64,000 nt of DNA, from NCBI RefSeq assembly GCF_009914755.1, contig NC_060928.1; one strand, given 5' to 3'. Every line of letters starts with the position of its first letter. Position 1 is the first letter of the stretch. Source of the stretch: the human T2T-CHM13v2.0 reference genome, Homo sapiens. The position numbers and the translations under genes were made by a program. Below the pieces are notes generated by a model. It saw only the letters and a program-made list of their open reading frames with translations, had not been told where the DNA came from and made no database searches. Positions 56,164 through 64,000 of the stretch are shown piece by piece.

Positions 56164-58420
56164 ACAGGCAGCCTCAGAGGAAAAGCTATGAGGCAATTTT
56201 GTTCATATTCGTGTCATAAATTTAAAATGTAAGATAAACTATGCTTTTCAAGAAATGCCATTAACATGCTAAAAATAATTATGTGTTCAGAGGTTGCACA
56301 TGAGCCACAAATTGTGCTGATCATTTTGGAGGGAGCTGCTATCCGGTTAGTAGGGTCTGCTACCTTGTGGCTTATGCGCATCCGAATCATTTACATAATA
56401 CTGCTTACTTTATTCAAGGTGCCTTTTTATTTTTACGCACGCATTGCATTTTAGCTTCATTTCACAAAAGTGGATTAGTGGTGCACATGGTTTATTGAGG
56501 CATAAAGGCAATAACGAAATAATAACATACATACTACAACCGGAATAACACCATACACAAACATAATAAACAAGACTCCAGCACAAATGTGGAATGGGAA
56601 CTCTTACATGTTGGGACAAGTGAATCTGTGAAGGTGACGATTTCACACAGGCATTGGAAAAGAAAAGTGTGAATAGGATATAGCATCATGAATATCTGAA
56701 AATTGGATTTCGTTCGACAAGTGATCCATTCACTTTTTGCCCTTCATGCTTTGTCTGTATTGAATTTTGTCCCATAATGGCACAAAGCCATCCAAACTTT
56801 TGTATCACTTTCACACAAGCTCAGTGACCTTTCCAGCATCCACATGAGGTTTCCTGGAATAAAAGCAAAGTATCGCTTTTCAAGTATGAAACCGATCAAT
56901 TGTATCACTAAAGGCAGAGAAGAGGTAGTAGCAGTAAGAGATATCAGTGACATGAACATTAAGAAACAAACAACACCAGCCCCAAAGTTAATGGCCAATA
57001 TTATGCATAAAGAGAAAGCGGAATAATATGGCAGATAAATTGAAAGAGTCTTTACTACCACATCCTCTTGCTAGCAGATATTTCTCACCAAGACTGGACA
57101 GAACTGAGGAACAGGGCATGAAGCTGCTTCTAGCGTACATGTTTTCCTTGGGGATAATGTTCTACGGCTTTTGATCTTATTTATCTCTGAAAGCACAGAC
57201 TCTATAAACAGATATTTTCTTGTTTTGTTAATGATGATCTTGTGAGCTGTAGGGCACTTGTCACTGAAAAGGCTTTGGGATCAGAGCTGACAGAGTATCT
57301 GCTATGCATGAACATAGAATGTGAGTGAAAGAGAATTCAGGTGGCAGGGTGCGGTGGCTGGTGCCTGTCATCCCAGCACTTTGGGAGGCCAAGGCCGGAG
57401 GATCACTTGAGCTCAGGAGTTTCAGACCAGCCCGAGCAACATAGCAAGACCCTATTAAAAAATAATTTTTTTCTATTAAAAAATTTTTTTAAAATGCCAG
57501 GTGCAGTGGCTCACACTATAATCCCAGCACTTTGGGAGGCTGAGGTAGGTGGATTACCTGAGGTCAGGAGTTAGAGACCAGACTGACCAACATGGTAAAA
57601 CCCCATCTCTACTAAAAATACAAAAAATAGCCAGGCGTGGTGGCAGGCATCTGTAACCCCAGCTACTCAGAAAGCTGAGGCAGGAGAATGGTTTGAACCC
57701 AGGAGGCGGGAGGTTGCAGTGAGCCAAGATTGTGCCACTGCACTCCAGCCTGGTGACAGAGTGAGACATCATCTAAAAAAAAAAAAAAACATTTAACCAG
57801 GCATGCTGGTGCATACCTACTCAGAAAGTATGCTCCTACTTGGGAAGCTGAGGTGGGAGGATCACTTGAACCTAGGAGTTCGAAGCTGAAGTGAGCTGTG
57901 ATCGCACCACCGTGTTCCAGACTGGGTGACAGAGTGAGATCCTGTCTCAATTTAGAAAAAAAAAAAAAGAGAGAGAAAGAGAAAGAATACACCTAAATGC
58001 CAATTCATCCACTGCTTTAATTATGGAGAACAGTTGGTGGACAAAAAGATGCCTTTTGATCCAAATTAGGTGTTGAAGGAAATGGTGAAACAGGTAAATA
58101 TAATCAAACGGCCACCACTAAGTTTGCGCTGTGTGGAGAAAAGGAGGAGCATGCTCGGCTTTTGAATGCTGAGGCACACCAGGTATTTAACGGAGAGACA
58201 ATCAGAGAAGACTTCAGTGTCTTTGGGCAATTTTTATGACATCATTAATACCCATAACAACCGTTTTATGATTTCCAGTGATTTGTGGCCAGTAATTTAA
58301 TAGGAATATCTTTGCTACTATCTGCCACCTTGAAACTCTCAGTCTTACAGCTTTGTCTGAAGCTTGTTGGCTTAGCATCCAACAAAGCAGTGAATGTAGA
58401 CTTTAGCAAAAAAGCTTGAC
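56164..58420 (+). mobile_element. Ancient hAT-Charlie transposon with decayed transposase
   Basis: Remnants YLKIGF (gaatatctgaaaattggattt), IHCF (atccactgcttt), VLKEMVKQVNIIK; interrupted by Alus. Confidence 0.6.
57343..57970 (+). mobile_element. AluJ split by a nested AluS (~57496-57790)
   Basis: Left arm, full Alu, then right arm. Confidence 0.85.
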
Positions 58421-58429
58421 ATATTTTCA

Positions 58430-59452
58430 AGGTCTACCTTCTATCTTCATATGCAGAACTAACTGACAGACTATCAAATACTTGTTGTCATTCCTGAAAG
58501 CTGAAATTTCATAGAAATAAACTAGAATGGGAGGATGATATTCTGAGGCAAGACAGTGAAAGCCTACCGCAGTTCATCCCATGGAAATGAGAACTAATGC
58601 GCTTTCCTAAAGGGTATTGAAAGAATGCCCTTCCTAGATTAATAGCTGCATACCACAGACCCAACCTGGGTTCATCTGCTCTGTAAGGATACCATATCCA
58701 GAACAGCAGCTAAAATTAGGGTTAAGTTTGTGATTGTCCACTGTCATCTGCCATGATGCACCTAGATTTTGCAGAGGCAAGACTGGTGAATTAAATGGAG
58801 TTACAAGAAGGACCGCCAGCTTTGAACTATTAAAGTCTTCAAGGGTGGCACCCATCTCTGCTATCTCTCTGAATGAGATATTTACTATCAAGGTCAGAGG
58901 GGGTAATTTCAGGAACTTTCAGGTGGCCTTTCCTACTATGGTAGTTCTTATTCTACTGTCAAGGAACCAACGTAGGATTCTGTCTGCCAGTTGCCACATG
59001 TGGTCAAGAGCTTGTCTCTGCTGGGCCCAGTGGCTCACACCTGTAGTCCCAGCACTTTGAGAGGCTGAGGCATGTGGATTACTTGAGCTCAGGAGTTCAA
59101 GACCAGCCTGGGCAACATTGTGAAACCCCGTCTCTACTAAAAATACAAAAAACTAGCCAGTCGTGGTGGTGTGTGCCTGTAATTCCAGCTATTTGGGAGA
59201 TTGAGGTGGGAGGATCACTTGAACCCGGGAAGTTGGTGGTGCAGTGAGCAACGATCAAGTCACTGCGCTCCAGCCTGGGCAACAGAGTGAGAGCTTGTTT
59301 CAAAAAAACAAAAAGGGAACTTGTCTGTAAAAGAATAAAAATGAAAAACTTACTTAGGAGACTGATGTATTCTGGGACTAAGGAAATGACACCCGGTGTT
59401 GTGGGTGGCAGGATGCATAGACCCAATGAGAGACAAACTTTATCAAGGACTT
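58430..59452 (-). mobile_element. Old ERVL-class internal region: protease end and RT N-terminus (Alu at ~59020-59313)
   Basis: ORF 58634-58891 EIAEMGATLEDF...TPFNSPVLPLQ...SWQMTVDNHKLN resembles ERVL [29 protein letters not shown]. Confidence 0.8.
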
Positions 59453-59459
59453 TCTTTTC

Positions 59460-61000
<1,541 letters not shown>

Positions 61001-61112
61001 TCCACAAACCATAAAATGTATGCAAAAGTAAGATTCACTTTTATAATCATAGCAGAATTACTCCTTAATTGACATGCGAGCACCTTTCTTTTTTATTTTT
61101 ATTTTGAAACTC

Positions 61113-61412
<300 letters not shown>

Positions 61413-61420
61413 CCCTCATA

Positions 61421-61486
61421 TGTATTAGTCAAGGTTCTCCAGAGGGACAGAACTAGTAGGATATATGTATATGTATATAGATGGGT

Positions 61487-61530
<44 letters not shown>

Positions 61531-62129
61531 GTTTATGTTAATATTATATATATATATCATATACATATCATGTATTGCGTATGTGATTGTGTGAGTCAGT
61601 TCTTCCTATGAGAGAGTTTATCAGGGAGGATTGGCTCACACAATCACAAGGTGAAGTCCCATGATAAGCTGTCTTCTAGCTGGGGAAGAGAGAAGCTGGT
61701 AGTGGCTCAGTCCGAGTCTGAAAGCCTCAAACCAGGGAAGCTGATTATGCAGCCCTATGCAGACTGAAAGTCTGTGGCCAAAGACCCAAGAGCCCCCAGC
61801 AAGCCACTATGCAAGTCCCAGAGTCCAAAGAACCTGGAGTCTAATGTCCAAGGGCAGGAGAAGTAGGAGGAAGCACCCAGCACAGGAGACGGAGGGCAGC
61901 CAGAGGACTCAGCAGGCAAGGTTATCCCACCCCCTCCCACCTGTGGCACTGGCATCTGATCGGATGGTGCCCACCCACATTGAGGGTGGGTCTTCCTCTC
62001 CCGGCCCACCGACTCAAACGTCAGTCTCCTCTAGCAACACCCTCACAGACACACCCAGAAACAATACTTTACCAGCTGTCTAGGCATCCTTCAGTCCAAT
62101 CAAGTTCACATCTAATATTAACCATCACA
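61421..62129 (-). mobile_element. MLT2A (HERV-L) solo LTR with internal (CA)n/(TA)n
   Basis: tgtattagtcaaggttctccagagggacagaac...tattaaccatcaca; TSD tcata/ccata. Confidence 0.9.
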
Positions 62130-62607
62130 CCATATAATAGCCAGTATGATAGCCAGTTAGGTACCAAGAGATGATCACACTTCCCAAAGCAAAGCATCAT
62201 TAAGAGACTCTGGACATATGAGAGGTGGGAGTGGAGGAATTACTGATGGTCCAGAGGGAAATGGAGGCAGCCAGCATGACAGGAAATGGGGTGCTGGTGG
62301 AGGAACATTGAATTTTAGACCTGGCTTTCCTGGTCTCAGTCCTGACCCTGGCATGGGGGTGGCAGAAGGAGAAAAGAGTTTCATGGAGTAGCTTTTGATT
62401 TGGTGTTATCTGGTTTATTTCCAGGAGACCTGGAGTTCTCATTTTCATCCATTGGAACTTGACTTTCATTCTCTCGAGTGTTCTATTCTATATTATTAGC
62501 TACTTCAGAGGTTGGGGAAAGTAGTAGATCAGGCAGATTTTGCTCTTCTCCATTTCCATATCCAGTGTACACCGCAACATGGGTTTTTCCATTAAAATCA
62601 ACCTAAG

Positions 62608-63009
<402 letters not shown>

Positions 63010-63279
63010 TTATTCTTCTTGGGTTTTCTTTTAGGTGTGACATTTGGTTATCTGAAGTTTCACAAATGTCATTCTTGTGAATGGTGGCTTAAATGAAGCA
63101 TGGCTTTATCATAAGCTTCTATCAATGCTGTATCATTCCAAACGTCACAATCATCACTCTGGCCTGCACTGCCCAGGAACAACACCCAGTCCTCCTATCC
63201 AGGACTCCATCTCCACCTCTACCACCACCACCGCTGCTGCCCATGGCCATGCTGAGCCTACTGCCTTATTTATTTTCTC

Positions 63280-63600
63280 ACACCCGCATTTCTCTAACAG
63301 GGAGGCCACAGTGACATTTGACTTCTTAGATATTGCTCTATTCAAGGGCCTTGGATATAAGATCTGGGTGTTCCCTTCTTTCCAAGGTATAGCACCTACA
63401 TAGGTGGCTGTAGTTTCTTTTGGGAGCACTGGGGAATCCATACTGCATAGGCTATGCTGTATATCCTGCATGTATGCATCCTTCCTCATGGACCCGTATG
63501 GACCTTTTCTTTACTCAATGAATTGTGGGTCTGAGAACTGGCTTAGGTCTTGAAATTGGGCAAGAAGGCATAACTTCCCGCTAGGAATGGCTGACTTTAG
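63280..63600 (-). mobile_element. ERVL-class internal region, gag end and protease start
   Basis: Minus strand caatttcaagacctaagccagttctcagaccc...gaggaagga...aatgtcactgtggcctccc is colinear with the ERVL gag-pro junction as recalled. Confidence 0.6.
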
Positions 63601-63620
63601 CCTCCTTATCATCCATTCTT

Positions 63621-63798
63621 TTTTTTTTTAATTTTTGTGGGTACACAGTAGGTGTACATATTTATGGGGTACATGAAATGTTTTGATACAGGCATGCAGT
63701 GAGTACTAATCACATCACATAAAATTGGGTCTCCATTCCTTAATGCATTTATCCTTTGTGTTACAAACAATCCAATTATACTTTCAGTTATTTTAAAC
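63621..63798 (-). mobile_element. Short L1MA1/2-like 3' end
   Basis: aatttttgtgggtacacagtaggtgta...; TSD atcat(c/t)cattctt at 63608-63620 and 63801-63813. Confidence 0.88.
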
Positions 63799-64000
63799 TG
63801 ATCATTCATTCTTGATCTCTCTTTAGAGCTTAAAACTGCACTAAGATTTTTAGGATACCCTGTAAACAATGCCCTTGTTGCCTGCCCACTTATCTTTCCC
63901 CTAGAAACACCATGTTTCTAGAAACACCTCCCTGGATCTCCCCTGACTGTCATTCCAGATTCACTGTCCTTATTATGCCATCTAGCTTCTGACGATTAAG

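Noticed and set aside
56600-58420. Domesticated ZBED/Buster-type gene
   Set aside because: Only scattered motif remnants survive, with many stops and Alu insertions.

Overview
Primate (catarrhine, probably human or ape) genomic DNA that is mostly interspersed repeat. I see no recognisable cellular protein-coding gene, RNA gene or CRISPR array. Bases 1-42 kb are a dense stack of mainly plus-strand L1 elements with Alu, MaLR LTR and DNA-transposon insertions. Its centre is a four-level nest: old L1M 3' end > long old L1M > L1PA-type element > 5'-truncated HERV-W (HERV17/LTR17) processed pseudogene at ~32.9-38.0 kb, with decayed gag-pro-pol, a pol-env deletion, the env tail and a U3-R LTR only. 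Bases 42-50 kb are largely unique and locally CpG-enriched. They contain a ~250-bp local duplication and a CpG-rich palindromic 29-bp tandem repeat, a possible regulatory region. Bases 50-64 kb hold Tigger7, Tigger3, Charlie-type and ERVL fossils and an MLT2A LTR. I find no support for a new multi-gene biological system. The best leads are the HERV-W retrocopy, several rearrangement scars and a candidate minus-strand exon. Subfamily names come from recalled consensus sequences, not database searches, and boundaries of old repeats are approximate.
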